From Microbotryum violaceum (Eukaryota): 64,000 nt of DNA. Location: positions 2,433,591-2,497,590 of the forward strand of contig LN717261.1 in assembly GCA_001244265.2 (NCBI GenBank), read 5' to 3'. Positions 25,216-38,593 of the stretch are shown here, one piece after another (the first letter of the stretch is position 1; each line of letters begins with the position of its first letter). Position numbers and translations under genes: made by a program. A model generated the notes under the pieces. The model was not told the origin of the DNA. It saw nothing but the letters and a program-made list of their open reading frames with translations, and did not search any database.

Positions 25216-27153
25216 TCACTCATCTTTGGTATCGTACGACGAATCAATAGGACCGAGCAACAACTTGACGAGCCTGCGTGAGGCGCGCGTAAGATTCCAA
25301 AGGCTGAAAATTAGTTCCACTTCTTTACAGAGCCTCATTGAAGCCGGCCGAAAAGACTCACCACAACGAAGGCGTCAACTCGACACCGGCGTTGTTGCGC
25401 GCGATATCGTCGGCTTCGTTCTCGTAGTTGCTGGTCGTATCAATCAAATCACCAATCTCGGGATGCTGTTTCGCAAATGAGAGTAGCAAACCATTCTCAG
25501 TCAGCGGATCATCACTTCCGGAAGTTCATCAGGCCCAGTCGCGACTGACCTTATCCAATTCCTCCAAGAACGCCCTGGCCTTCTGATCATTCCCGACCTG
25601 AGCGAATTGATACGAGATCGCATCCGATCCATATCTCGTCCTCACCAACTCACTATTCGCATTGATGATGACCCTCGTAATATTATCCCTTGGCTCCGAA
25701 GGGATTCCATCCGTAACGGCGATGACGACGACGGGTTTCTGGAGACGACCTGCTCACACGGGTCCTAGTACGAGGGGTTGCAAAACTTTTTCGTCCAAAG
25801 CTTGGCCGAGGGGAGTGAGGCCGCTGAACTTGACGTTTTCGATCAGCTGCATCGCCCCGGATTCCGAGTTGATGCCATTGCCTTCGACGCGTGAACTGTC
25901 AGGTGTGTTCGAGGTGTGGATAAGTATCAATCAAAAACCGATGCTACCGATCATGCCACGAACGCAGGACTGACTTCATGAAGCGGACTTGGATGCCATC
26001 GAAATCGAACAAGCTAGTCGCGTAAGCGCAACGCGAGATGACGACCTTGAGATCGTCGATCCTCGTTCCACCTTCTTCGAATGCCATCAATCCCGAATCA
26101 TCACAGTACAGAACCGTGTTGAAGAGCGCCAACTTGGTCGTATCGATCGCGACTTCCATGGGAATGTTCCATTCGCCAGCGAGACGGGGCAGGGCACCGG
26201 ATTGGGCGATCTTGGCAGCAATGGGCTCGAGCGAGCCGGGAGGGTAGAAGGCCGTGATCCTTTGGTCGACGACGCATTGACTCAAGGTGGCAAGGATAGC
26301 GTTGGCGTCCGGCCCGCCACCAGCGGCTGCACCCCCATGGTGGGGCTGCGGCTGCTGCTGCTGCTGCTGCTGAGCTTGGCCGTACTGTGGTTGCTGACCG
26401 TACCCTGTTTCGGCTCGGAGTCAGATTAGCTTGATCGTTTCAAAAGTCGAAACTCGTTTGATAAGAAATTCATCTTGATGAGGTTGACCGTACTGAGGCT
26501 GTTGTCCATACCCTGCCCGAACCAAAATATAGGGCGAATCAGTACCCAGACAGTTAATTACCAAACGACAAACTCTCGGCAATCGCGGGCTAACCTTGCT
26601 GAGGCTGACCATATTGCTGCTGCTGGCCATATTGACCCTGTTGAGGTTGGCCGTACTGTCCTTGCTGGGGCTGACCGTATTGTCCGTGTGGAGGAGCAGC
26701 GCCGTAACTCGTAGCTGTATTCAAACCCTCGCATCCTTAGCTCTTTCTGATCCCTACCGTAGTATCCATTTCTCCCGTCGACTCACGTCGAATATTACTT
26801 GGAGGTGGCGGACCCGGAGGAGGAGCATACATATTACCCGCCGGTTTCTGCTGTGATCCATAAGCCGGCGCTCCACTTCCCGGAGATGCACCATACGCGG
26901 GAGCCTGTTGTTGCTGAGGCGCACCGTATTGTTGTTGTTGTTGGGGAGGAGCACCGTACTGTAGTTGGGGTGCACCGAATTGGGCTGAGGGAGGGGCAGC
27001 TCCTCCGGTTGTGCCTGATCCCGAGGCGGCGAGTTTGGCGGCGAGTCCCTGATGGTGGTTAATGAGCGATGTGGGGCCGAGCAATCACCGTGGCAGGGAA
27101 AGAGAGTGGGTGTGTACGTCAGTTGGGGTGTAATACAGGTGGATGTCCACCAT
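25216..27153 (-). pseudogene. Fungal Q/G/Y-rich vWA-domain protein gene with a premature stop
   Basis: Spliced model M|GLAAKLAAS...LYCDDSGLM...VIAVTDG..QFAQVGND...LGPIDSSYDTKDE*; in-frame TGA at 25754-25756 (GPV*AG). Confidence 0.82.
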
Positions 27154-27869
27154 GCTGGAAGACGCCAGATGCCCTGTCGGTCCTGATCATAGGCGCAAAC
27201 GTCAAGGGTGGCGGCCTTCCCGAGGAGACCAGCTCCAGCCTGAGGTGCGATGACGTCGCCCCCAACCTGGCGCAGCACAGCCAGGGGGCTGCGGAACGGT
27301 GACGGTGTAGTACCAAGAAGGCATCCGCAGATGCAGCCATAATGAAAGACTGACCATGTTGTGTCAAGAGTGAGATGGATGGGTTATATAGCGAGACAGG
27401 AATGTGGCGGCAAGAGGGAGAGAAGACGCGGCCAATCGCGGGTGGGGGACGGCGTCGACCTCTGTCGGCCTTTGCGCGAGTTTGCGCCTGTTTGCGCTGT
27501 GTTCCGGCGGGGTTGCTTACGAAACCGAAAGGCTCACGAGCTCATTGCTCAGGAGCTCATTTCAGGCCGAACCTGTGACTGTCAGTGATACATATCGAGA
27601 CCGGCTCTTGACAATGTGGAAAAATCATGATGCTGCATTATGAAAGCTTTTCGGATTAAGAGGCTACTTGTAGCATAAGCATTGCAGTGGTGATCCGTAT
27701 TGAGACGGGCCGGAACGTGGCAAGAGGAAAATAGCTTTGTCGGTCACATAGATGGGAATGCGCCGTGATTGACAACAAGCTGTTAAAGTGCAATGCTCCT
27801 GTTCGAGAAGTCCGCTGCAACACGAAATCTGCAAGGCCCGCCTGCCAAGGCTACGCTTAAGCTTCAACC

Positions 27870-28001
27870 TTAATAGTTAGTTAACTAACTACGCCATGGC
27901 AAATAGTTAACTAACTATCCCAACTATTGAGGCATAGTTGATAGTTAGTTAGTTCTGTCTCGGAGGATATCATAGTTAACTATTGTAACTATGGCAACTG
28001 T
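27870..28001. repeat. TAGTTAACTA palindrome array, possible DNA-transposon end
   Basis: Many tagtt/aacta copies; the minus strand begins TA|CAGTTGCCATAGTT. Confidence 0.65.
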
Positions 28002-28242
28002 AGGGGTCGCCGAGGACTGCCGGGGCAAGGAGCATTGGCCGAGACGGCGATCGATTTCTTGACGACACCTTCGACCGCCTAGTACGATGCGGAACGCGCC
28101 TTTTCCGCTGGGCGCCGTACCATTAATCAACTGCAACACGATACTTTCGGAACCCTCTTGAATGCCAAGATGTGCGTTGGCAGCTGGTCCGGCGCTGTTG
28201 ATGATGATGACGCTGCTCGTAAGGAATTGATAATCGAGTTGT

Positions 28243-31200
28243 GGGCTGGTTGGGGAGGCGACTTGGCTCCCCGGATGGAGGGACCCCAGGGAGAGAAGGT
28301 GGCCGGTATCCTCGGCGTCCGAGTGAACCCGGCGAACCTTGCGCAAAGCCTTCTACCAAGCGTTCCAGCGTTGCTCAGGCAGATCGAATACCTTCTGGTG
28401 TTCCTTGGGGAAGATAAGGGGGAAGATGAAGACTTGGTGGCGTTTGGACGCGTTCACAAACGAAGACGGGGTCATCACCTCGCCATCGGGCCCTCGAAGA
28501 AGCATCGGGTTTACCGAGAGTTGTATTCCGTGGCCCGCTGGGAAATAGAGTACGTGCGTCGCCCATTGCTCGAGGTTCTGGCTCTTGGAGAGTTCCGGGG
28601 GATTGAGCGTGGTCACCAACGCCCAGGCTTCGAAGTATCGGACCCAACGAGCAGGAAGAAGTTTTGTCGATTTTCTCACCGCATGGTCCCACTTTGGGGG
28701 AGGATGGCAAAAGTAAGACCACCAGATCCAAATCCAAGGGCAACGATGCTGGTTGGGGGCCGGTCTGGACAAGGTGAAAGGGGTTGGTTCGTTTGGTGCC
28801 TGGAGGTGGATGCGGATGTCAAAGAGGTGGCGTGTGAAGCAGCCGTCCGGGGCCCGGAGCTGGAAGACCCACTTCGCGTGATCGATTGCTAGACGCCGAG
28901 GCAGATCAATCAAACCGAAGCCGCCGTGATCAAGAGGGGTGCAGAGGCGCGACCGGGAGACCTTCGGACGTCGCTGAGTACCATCCGAAGCTCGACCGTG
29001 AATGGCGAGCATGGCGGCCTCCTCGATCTCCTTGACAACGCTCTTGGGGCGGGAAGGAATCGGCTGTAGTACAAGATCTTTGTGTAGCAGTAGATGTTGA
29101 TGATCGAACACTTGGCTGCATATGGGAGATCGTACATCGGAATCGAGCGTATCCGAGCGATGGTCAAGGCCTTGACATCTTCCCAGCCCGCATCCTCAGC
29201 GATCTCCACCCCGACCTGAATACCAAGGTAGCGAAACTGTGAATCGCTGAGACGCCAGGTCCCGAGATCTGGGGTGATCGACCGATCCCGAAAAGCTCCA
29301 AGGGGGTAGAGGAAAGATTTGACGTTGCTGAGCTTGCTGGCACTTACCCGTTCGTAAAGCTCGATCGCCCGATTGAGGTGGTCGAGGTCCGAGAGGTTGT
29401 GGAGTGCGCAGCAAGCGTCGTCGGCAAAAAGGAGTTCGCGAACGTTTTGGAGGCCCGCAATATCGATGCCCGTGACTCTCAATCGAATCTGACAGGCAAA
29501 ACCTTCGATCGCCAGGACGAAGAGAGACAGAGCCAAAGGATCACCTTGCCGAACGCCCGACAGGATGTCGAAAGTGGCAGAGAGCCAACCGTTGAGGAAG
29601 ATCGAGGCAGATTGGTTGGTGTAGGTCGCTCGGTACCATTGGCGGGCTTTGGGGCCGAGGCCAACGGCGCAGAGGACTGCATCAAGGTACGGGTGGGAAA
29701 GACGATCGTAAGCCTTTTCAAAGTCCATCACCGCTAGCATGCCAGACACGGGTGTTGAGCCCGGAAGTCCAGGGTCCATGAGACATTGGACCTCAGCGAT
29801 GTTCGTGCCGATCCAACGGTTCGGAACAAAGCCACGTTGGGTTGGGCCGATCAGGGACTCGAGCAAGGGAGCGAGGCGCTGGTTGTGGGCTTGCGAGATG
29901 ATGCGCTCGTCCGCATTGATGAGCGATATGGGGCGTTTGTTCGAAAGCTGATCCTCTCGCCGCGTTTGTGGATGAGATGGATGTGGGCGGTGTTGCGGGG
30001 AAGAGGTCCAGGCTGACGGGCCTCGGTGGGGATCGAGTTGATGACGTCTCGAAGAATCGGGCCAGTGGCCGGCCACGTAGCGCGATAAAACTCAACCGGG
30101 AGGCCGTCAGGCCCTGGCGAAGAGTTCGACTTACACGCCGCTTGAGCCTTTGTCATCTCCTCCAACGGGTACGCTTCCTCGAGCTTGAGTGAGTCCGCGG
30201 GGAGAGGCGAGTTGAAGCGAGGCCGTCGATGATCGCCTTCAGGGCCGCGTCATCGATGGGGCGGTCCTCATAGACCCGCTCGAAGTAGTCGCTGGCCGCT
30301 CCAAGCATCGAATCAGGGTCGGAATGAACAACATCGTTGACCGTGAGCGAAGGGATCAGGTCGGATGCTCGCACTTTGCGCAGGCGGATGAAGATGGAAG
30401 AGGGACCCGCCAGAGATGGGTCGAGGCGGGACCGCAGGGCCGCGCCGAGCGAAAGTCCGGGCCAGAGCCTGCAGCTCGGGCAGCAGGCGGTGTTTGGTGG
30501 ACGTCCAAGCTGCTGGTGGATCGTTGGGCGTCTGGAGGAGGGCTTTGTTGTAAAGGGTGCGGACAATGGAGGTGAGGTACTCGCAGGTCGCGTCGCCCTC
30601 GATCACGTGCAAACCCAGCTTGAATTTGCCCGGACCGATGTCGATTGCGCCCGGCACTTGGAACCGTGCCACAACCATTGAGTGCGTCGATTTGAGGACA
30701 GGAGCCCAGATTTTGTGATCATGGAAGAGGTCGACCCAATCAGGCGAGACATAGATGCGGTCAAGGCGACGGCACGTGCCGGGCGCTGAGCGATTCGTCG
30801 TGGCTCGTCCTTTGGGATGATGGAGCCGATAGGCGTCGAAAAGATTGTTGGCCGTGGCAAGGTCGCGCATCTCCTGACCCCCATAATTCGCTCCGTTTTG
30901 GTTCTCCGAATCGAGGGGCTGGGACTCAACACAATTCCGGTCCCCCCCGGCTAGGAGCGCAGGCGGCGAGGGTGCGTCACATACAACTTGTCGGAGGGCG
31001 GTGCTGAGGTGTGAGAGGAAGCGTTTTTTGTCTGGCTTGTCGGAGGAAGGCGCGTATATTGATACAACCCGGACTTTTGAATCACCCACACAAAAGGTGG
31101 CGTCGGTGACTCGGTCCGGGAAAGAGAAAGAGGCACGAAGAGTGTTTGGAGGCGACTCGGGATCAAAAGTAATGACCACGGAGTCGCACTTCCAAAGTAT

Positions 31201-31970
31201 GGCAGTGTTGTTGAAAGGAGTGAAAAGAGCGGAGAGCTTTAAGTCTTGGCACTCCTGAGTCCACTGGGCCACCCTTTTGGGGGAAGGTCGGCCAGTTTCG
31301 CTCAGGAGAAAGACGTCGGCGTTATGGGAGCGGAGATTGGAGAAAAGAGAGGCACGCTTACGGTCTTCATTGGTTGACTGCACGTTGGCAGCAACAAAAG
31401 ACACGTTTGGGATTTTGCTCATCATCTTGGTCCATAGCGTCTTCCACGTCCTTAGGAGGTGCTTCTTGGTCTTCGGCTTCTTCGTCGGCCTCGTCATCGG
31501 TGTCGGCGTCATCGGGTCGGGCTTTGGGCGCGGCTGAGGGCAACGGCGTGGGCGAAGACGGCTCGGGGCTCGGCTCGGAGGCTTCGAGGGCAGGCGCAGT
31601 GGGAGGGGCTTCACGAGTGGCTGGCTTGGAGAGGGCGGCAATCGACTTGGATCGAGTTATGATCGACTTTGGCGTGGCCGGAGGAGGGCTTGGGGATGGA
31701 GAGGTGGTCTCTGAGCTGGGGGACTCGGAGGATTTTTCAACGAGGGAGTAGGCAATTCCCTGATTGGAGGCAGGCTGGGGGGCAGGAGGAGTGGCAGTTT
31801 TGCAAGGGAAATTGAAGGAGAACTCGGGGCGGGCATTTTTCGACAGAGAATCGGGCTGAGCTCTGTTGGACAGATCTTCAGTCTGGGCAGCCAGATCCTG
31901 TTCCACTCGACGTTTTTTGGTCGTGCGGTCGTGCGCGGAGGGTAACGGTGGAGGCTTGCGGGGCACGTGA
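28243..31970 (-). mobile_element. LINE family B: ORF1 tail + ORF2 (APE endonuclease, RT), frameshifted, 3'-truncated
   Basis: AANVQS..LLSET..RLDRIY (EN), SPGPDGLP, MDFEKAYD, GVRQGDP, LFADD; homologous to 43325-45968. Confidence 0.92.
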
Positions 31971-32009
31971 CGTGGGGGTCCCTGGGGGCTCGGCGCATGA
32001 CGGGCCGGG

Positions 32010-32376
32010 CAGTGCTGGGTACACAGTCATTCGGTGCGCGGGGTGTGGCCATTCCCGGGAGTACACAGCGGAAGAGTTGACCGGTCCTGCGTGCCCCCCG
32101 GGGTACACAGGCGCTTTCAAGCGCGAAAGCGCCTGTGTACCCCCGGGGGTGCAAAGCCGGTCACCGGTGGCAGATCACTGTTTGAAAAATATATGATTCT
32201 CCAACGGCGGGAGGTTAATCCTTTCGGCAACTTCAGACACATCCTGGGCTTTGAGCCGGTGCAGTCAGCAAGGGCGTACCGCGCCTGAGCTGTGGAACCC
32301 CAGGGGTACACAGCTGGAGAGGGCACCGGTCGTGTGTACCTCCGGGGGTACACATTGCCACACCGGTTGTACAGTG
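32010..32376. repeat. CCCGGGGGTACAC motif array ending in a possible CAC-type TIR
   Basis: About six gtacac/gtgtac copies with C/G runs; the minus strand starts CACTGTACAACCGG. Confidence 0.65.
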
Positions 32377-33125
32377 CTTGTTAAGAGTGTCCTAGAATTG
32401 ATGAAGCATGTCGTCGCATACCGCTTCCTCATTTCCGGAGGCGCGGGACTCTGTTGTAGTGTATCTACGCCCTGCCCTAAGGTTTAAGATTGAACAAGAA
32501 TTTCCGCCTTCGGAGTGCGTTGTACCCTCGGGGTGCATCATGGTTGCAGTGCAGGATCTCCATTGACACAACATACAAGCTAGACGGCTACACACGCTCA
32601 CGGAAAACTCGAGACGGTCATCGCCTAACCGTTGAATTGACACTCATGGTGCCTCATGTCCCAGTATCCAGGCCGCGCTCCAGCTCGCTCAGGCTGGTCA
32701 GCTCGGAGAGGGCGGAGAGGTTGCTTTTGGCCTCCGAGCTGGCTGCTGATCCGTGGTCGGAATGTTGGCCGGTTGCCGAACTGTGTTCCAATATCGCGTC
32801 GTCCTCTCATGCCCCTGAGGTCGACGCGGCACCCTCTCCGCCGGACCCCTTCTTGCGCATCCAACGCTACACGTCTCTCTGTTTGCTCGACAGCGCCAAC
32901 CACCTGTGCGCACACTCAACAATTCAGGAGTCCCATATCTTCTTCCTTTCGGCTCGAGGTCCGCATTGGTGGGCGGCTTGAGAGGTTCGGGAACGTGGAC
33001 GAGCACCGTCGTGGCAAATGGTCTGAGCGCTGCTTGCCAGGTGCGATGTTCGCTTTCTAACTGATCCCAGTACTCGTCCAGGACAAGTTTCCCGAGAAAA
33101 GGGTGGTACACCTTTTGGATCCATC

Positions 33126-33334
33126 TGTTGTTGTAGGAGCGTCTTTAGTTACGTGGCGTCGATGGATGTCCTATTGTGAGATAGTGGGTCGCTAAAGGTC
33201 AATTGACTGTAACAGAGCGACTAGGCGAGATGTGATATCGAGTGCGTGGTGGAGAAGAGAGAAAAACAGCTAGACCAAAAAGACGCAATCTCATGTAAAC
33301 AACCAGTCGCCTCTGCCGCCTCTACCGGTCCCCC
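33126..33334 (-). mobile_element. Interrupted LTR of copia family 2
   Basis: Matches the first ~200 bp of 57240-57521. Confidence 0.88.
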
Positions 33335-34284
33335 TGTCACGAATGGAAGCTCGCCACTCCGAGTTCGGCCTCTCAGCACTCTCGTCATCCGCGTGACCTC
33401 GGCCTTCCCGCGCCTCGGACCTCCTCTCCCCGCTTCGTCACCTGCACTGCTTTCTTCTCCTCCAACTACACACTCACAACCCTCTCGCCCCGACTCTTAC
33501 GTGATCATCAACCAAGCTCTATTACGTGATCATCAACCAAGCTCTATTACGTGATCCTCAGCCTCAACATTATTACGTGATCCTCGTGCCTCGCCTGCTC
33601 AAGCTCGTCACCTCGTCCCCGACTCCTCTGGTCTAGTTCCCCTTTCCGTAGCTTACTTCTCTCTTTCCCTTCTGCAACTCGAATCTCGTCAAAGGTCACA
33701 TCCTTGCACTCGTCCCTCGTCCTCATTTCTCTTGAGAAGTCCTAGAACCTCTCTCGACTTGTCCCTCGTCCTCGCCCCTCGTCTCGAGCCCCTTCGTCTG
33801 GCTCGTTCCTCCTATCTTTGTCCTTCGTGGTAGGTGTTGTGCGGGGGTATCACGAAGGACAAAGATAGGAGGAACGAGCCGGACGAAGGGGCTCGAGACG
33901 AGGGGCGAGGGACGAGGGACAAGTCGAGAGAGGTTCTAGGGACTTCTCAAGAGAGACGAGGACGAGAGACGAGGACGAGGGACGAGTGCAAGGATGTGAC
34001 CTTTGACGAGATTCGAGTTGCAGAAGGGAAAGAGAGAAGTAAGCTACGGAAAGGGGGAACTAGACCAGAGGAGTCGGGGACGAGGTGACGAGCTTGAGCA
34101 GGCGAGGCACGAGGATCACGTAATAATGTTGAGGCTGAGGATCACGTAATAGAGCTTGGTTGATGATCACGTAATAGAGCTTGGTTGATGATCACGTAAG
34201 AGTCGGGGGCGAGAGGGTTGTGAGTGTGTAGTTGGAGGAGAAGAAAGCAGTGCAGGTGCCGAAGCGGGGAGAGGAGGTCCGAGG
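33335..34284. repeat. Tail-to-tail inverted pair of LTR-like sequences (~420-bp arms, ~20-bp spacer)
   Basis: 33413-33829 is the reverse complement of 33851-34284; the left copy starts TGTCACG; contains TTACGTGATC tandem units. Confidence 0.9.
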
Positions 34285-34990
34285 TTGAGAATCCGGGTCA
34301 TTGGAACACTAAATGTGAGTCTTCACTGCCATAGCTACAGATGGACAACAGCAAGAATACTAATAGTTGTAACGAATCAGGCAAGAAAAAAAGGTCCGTG
34401 AATTGCGGCTCACCATCCCGTGGCAGATCCTCAACAGCTCGGTTCGGTGGAGTGACCGTCGTGCTGACAGGTATGTGCCAATGTTTCAAAAGCAAAGCGC
34501 AGGGCAGCATGACTGACTGACCGGTTGGACTGTAACATCAAGGGACAAGTCTCCTCAAGATCCCTTCCCGTTATTCCCAAGTCATCGCCTGCACAAATCA
34601 TCGACGCTTGCTTGATGGAATGCTGACTTCTGGGGGGAAGTTGAGGTGCTGCTTGACTTCGTATAGTTGAGAATCCGGGTCATTGGCACACTAAATGTGA
34701 GTCTTTACTGCCATTGCTACAGATGGACAACACCAAAAATACTGATAGTTGCACGACGTCTCGGAGGTCTGAAAGGCTCGAGCGAGAGCGTTCCGGTCCG
34801 GTCCCACACAGTTCTTCGCCGAACCCTGCCTCTACCGCATCAACATCGACGTCTGTGAGCTGGCGCGCGGAGCGCGCCGCCGAACCTAGTAGTAGTATAA
34901 TAAAATAGGCCGTCGAGACAAAGAACATTCTAGAACGAGACAAACCACGTGGCGTGACGTCATGGCGCGCGAAGCGCGCCACCGCACTAG
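34285..34990 (+). mobile_element. Helitron remnant with two consecutive 3' ends
   Basis: Reverse-complement homology to ~6040-6350 and ~56570-56780; hairpin+CTAG at 34886-34889 and at 34987-34990. Confidence 0.85.
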
Positions 34991-35869
34991 TTACTAATGT
35001 TGAGATTGTCATCAATTTCCCCAGCTCGCGCCCCCCCAATTTTCGTTGAACAAACCTTCAGCTCTAGAGAGCTTCAGGGATTCCATGATAGAGGAGTAGT
35101 AGTAGCTTTGAGACCTAAGGTGATCTTAAGTAGAAGCAACAAACTATGACGGTCCTCGCGGCAGGAGAGAGGTCTAGGCAGAGACTAGACTTTTGGGGAC
35201 GAGGTGCAGTGTGAGGGAGGATCAGGTTAGGACTGCGAAGCCACTGAAGCAGGACTTGAACTGTAGGGTTTCTCGAGAAGGGTAAGGAGTGAGGTAGGAG
35301 TATGAGGATGAGGATGTGTTTGAGTTGTTGCTTGCAGGAAGCAAAGGAGAAACTATCAGATGGCCGACTTTTATAGTAAAAGCCATGGAATGTTATGGAA
35401 GGTTTTCTACTACAATCAAGAGATCACGATGCCCGATGTCCGGGTGGCCAGATGGAAGGTTGGCGAACGAGGTGGAGTGTTATGGAACGAAGACGACTCT
35501 CGAGTTTCGGCGTGCTGTCTCAAAGAGGAAGGTGAAGACAGGACCGGCGTTAATGTGAGGCCCGAGCGGCCTCGCACGCACATGACCAACGACTGAATCT
35601 GGCCGAAACCCGGCTAACCGAATATTGGACCATTATTAGCCGGGTTCCCCCTTTTGTGTAGTTCATGCAGTCTCGGTCCTCTCTCTCTCTCTCTTAGAGG
35701 AACACATTCATTCGAACCGACCCCTGAAACCAGAATGCAGTCTACAATACCTCTTCAAGGACAATGAATACGACGAATCGATCGGCCCAGTACTCGCGAT
35801 CCTTCTGTAAGGCCACCGGCCTTACAGTTAAGTAAGACCGATCGACCGGTACCCTTCTTCCGTTTGCCC

Positions 35870-36300
35870 GAAGTCAGATCAAGATCAAATAGATCGGCCT
35901 CGAGGAAAAAGATCAAAAGTACTAGCTATTAGGTGCTGCAGGTGCGTGCATCGGTCATTGTGTCTGACTAGGCATAAAGAACTGAATCCCAACGTGTTTT
36001 CGCCAAAGTTGCGCTGCTTTGATTGGTGCCTGAGCGGTCAAATCTGAGAGATTGAATTAGAGATTCGCCGAGGTAGTAGGTAGGTAGGTTCAATTGTGAT
36101 TGAGGATGATGAGGACAAGACCGAGGCCGAGAATGAGGGAGAAGATGAAGATTCCAACAGGAAGTCTTCCTGCGCCAATTGAGGCAGCACCATGTCTCAG
36201 ATCGAATCGATCTGATCTGATCAAGATCAGATAGATCAAAGGAGAATCAGGAGAAATCAGATCTGATCTGGTGGTGATCTGATCTTGTGCGGACCCTTGG
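35870..36300. repeat. GATC/AGATC motif arrays, possible non-autonomous DNA element
   Basis: Clusters of gatc at 35870-35915 and 36195-36290. Confidence 0.5.
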
Positions 36301-36850
36301 CGCCGTCCAACCCCTGGATTGAGGTGAGGGAATATCGGTTGCGAACTTTATCCTCGGGGACGGAGTACATCGAAGATTGCTGTGTGTAGAAATAGCTTGC
36401 TTTTTAAATTCCACAAGCGGTTAAATTGATGGGTGCTAGCAAGTGTGGCGGTACAACGAAAGTCTCTCAAACCTCGAGCTCGAAGTTATCTGTAAGGCGC
36501 CGCTCCGCTTACGCCTCAGGAAGACCTCGAGCCAACCTCAGCGGCCTCGAGCTTGACCTCGCGCGTGGCGCTGCAGCGCCTCTTGACCTTAGTCCTTTTA
36601 GTAGTCATTCTTCGCCTGCAAATTACACCGTTTGATCCTTTCAGTTTGAACTCGGAATCAGTGAGGCTCGAGAGCGATCTTGTGCCTTTCATTATCATTG
36701 CGAGACCACTTTGTTGAAGTCAAGAAAAGCAGTGGGTAGACAGTAGCAAGCCCTGTCCCTGAGAGCATACCAGGGTTGCAAGGGTGGGCCATTGAATTCT
36801 CCGGTTCTTTGCAAGTAGCCTAGCCCTATTCAAGCTATCACAAAACGCTG

Positions 36851-38593
36851 CTACATGGCGGCTCGGAGGCACTGCCTCAAATTTCGGATCTTGGCCAGTA
36901 GGACGTCCCCAGCTGCAGGAAATAGCTCGTCCGGGTTGTATTGCCCAGCCGACTCGATCGAGACTGCAGAGGAGCGGCAAGTAAGCGCCAACAGAGCAAT
37001 GCCATGCAAGTAAAAACTCCAGCGGCCACCTACAAATGAAATGGTCCCGGATGCGCCCCAATTCGACCAGTTCTTCAAACTCTGCGTGACGGAGCACCTC
37101 CCGGCTGACCGTGTCGGCGCGAGCATTGACGATGCGAACGGATCCCGAAGAGATGTCTACGACTCCAGACGGGAAGCACGCAGCGAACTTGACGTGCAAT
37201 GATGCGGGTATGTCCTGCTTCAGTGTGATCCTGGGAAGCAACCGATAGGAGGCAGTAGCTGCGATGACCGGCGTGGGACGAGTGAGTTCAGATCCTCTAC
37301 GTGCGCTTCTGCGGGGCTATGGTCGGCCCTACGCCTTCGTCAACAACGCACCGACAGGGGACCATTTCGCGTGGTCTTTTCCGATCCCTTTGTTGCAGTG
37401 AAGTTCAGCCACAATCTCCTGGGCGCACACAATGAAAGTCGTTCCACATACGTCAGCATGCGGCCATGTCACGGTTGGCTCGGTCGGCCCGGCTTCGTCT
37501 GATGTAGATCTCCGGGGTGGTGCATGATCTTACCTGGCCTCCACGCATCTTGGCGAGAAGGATGCCGCTGGCGGCAGCCCGCGGTGTGTCATTGCCGAAG
37601 AGTTCCGCCTGCGATCCTTTCGGGTCAAACTCCAACTGCGAAGACAGAACTGCGGTGTGCAGAATGCCATGGCACTTTCCTCAGACGGTCAGAGGTACTG
37701 GTGTTCAATCAAGGTGCAGTATTTGGGAGATGGCGCGGCGGACGCACCTTCTGTACCAGTCCAGACCTTAGCAGAATCCTTCTCTCCCTTCTTGACGTCC
37801 TTGCGGCGCTCGCAGCGGGCAACCAGATTGAAGACAACCGTGTTGAGGTCTGTTGGTTCGTCCTCTGGGCCTGAACGAGGAAAGGGGCCATGCAGATGAG
37901 CGAATGGCCACACCTGTGCGCGGTCGATTGCCCCCGGACGCCGACTGCCGCCGCTTACTTTGGTTGCTTTGCAGCTTGCGAGGATCGATGCGAAGAGGTA
38001 GCAGCCCCAGCCGCTGCGCGAGCACCTCATCTTGCACAATCGACGTGTTCTTCCAAACGTATACAGTCTCGATTGCTATTGTCGGCACCTGTAATACGCA
38101 TAAAGGCGACCAAGACAAGCCCCTCCGGATCAGAGATTGTTCGACCGTGACAGAGAAGCTTGGGGCCCAGGCGCCCAAACCTAGCGGCGAAGGGTCGACG
38201 AGTCCAGGCGTGGCTTGCTCTACCGACCACAGCTGCCGCATTGCCGACGCGAGCGGGGCTCGAAGGCTACGCCTGTGACAAGAAGATGAACGCGAGGTGG
38301 ACCGACCTCTGCAATGACAATGCGCCTGAACGCGTTGGCGACGCTGGCGTCGACGCCGACGAGGTCGAACTCGATCGCCTGGTCACTGAGCGAGTTGACT
38401 GTCACGGCGAGATGCTCTTGGAAGTGAGCAAAGTCCCATGCATGGTCTTCGTGAGGGTAGTGGCCAGGGAACTCGGTGGCGGACACCTGCATGAACGAGA
38501 TCGGGGCGCGACAAGGGTCAGCATCCGGCGCGACGGCTGCGAAGCCAGCATCACGTGCACAGCCCAAGGGCGATAGGCCGACGGCGGCGACAT
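36851..38593 (-). CDS. RPC40: DNA-directed RNA polymerases I and III subunit AC40 (multi-exon)
   Basis: Spliced peptides [96 protein letters not shown] introns; stop at 36851. The first exon is less certain. Confidence 0.93.

Noticed and set aside
35083-35830. Additional LTR-like segments (also 56935-57220, 62019-62655, 63654-64000)
   Set aside because: Composition suggests LTR fragments, but no paired termini or TSD could be established within the window.
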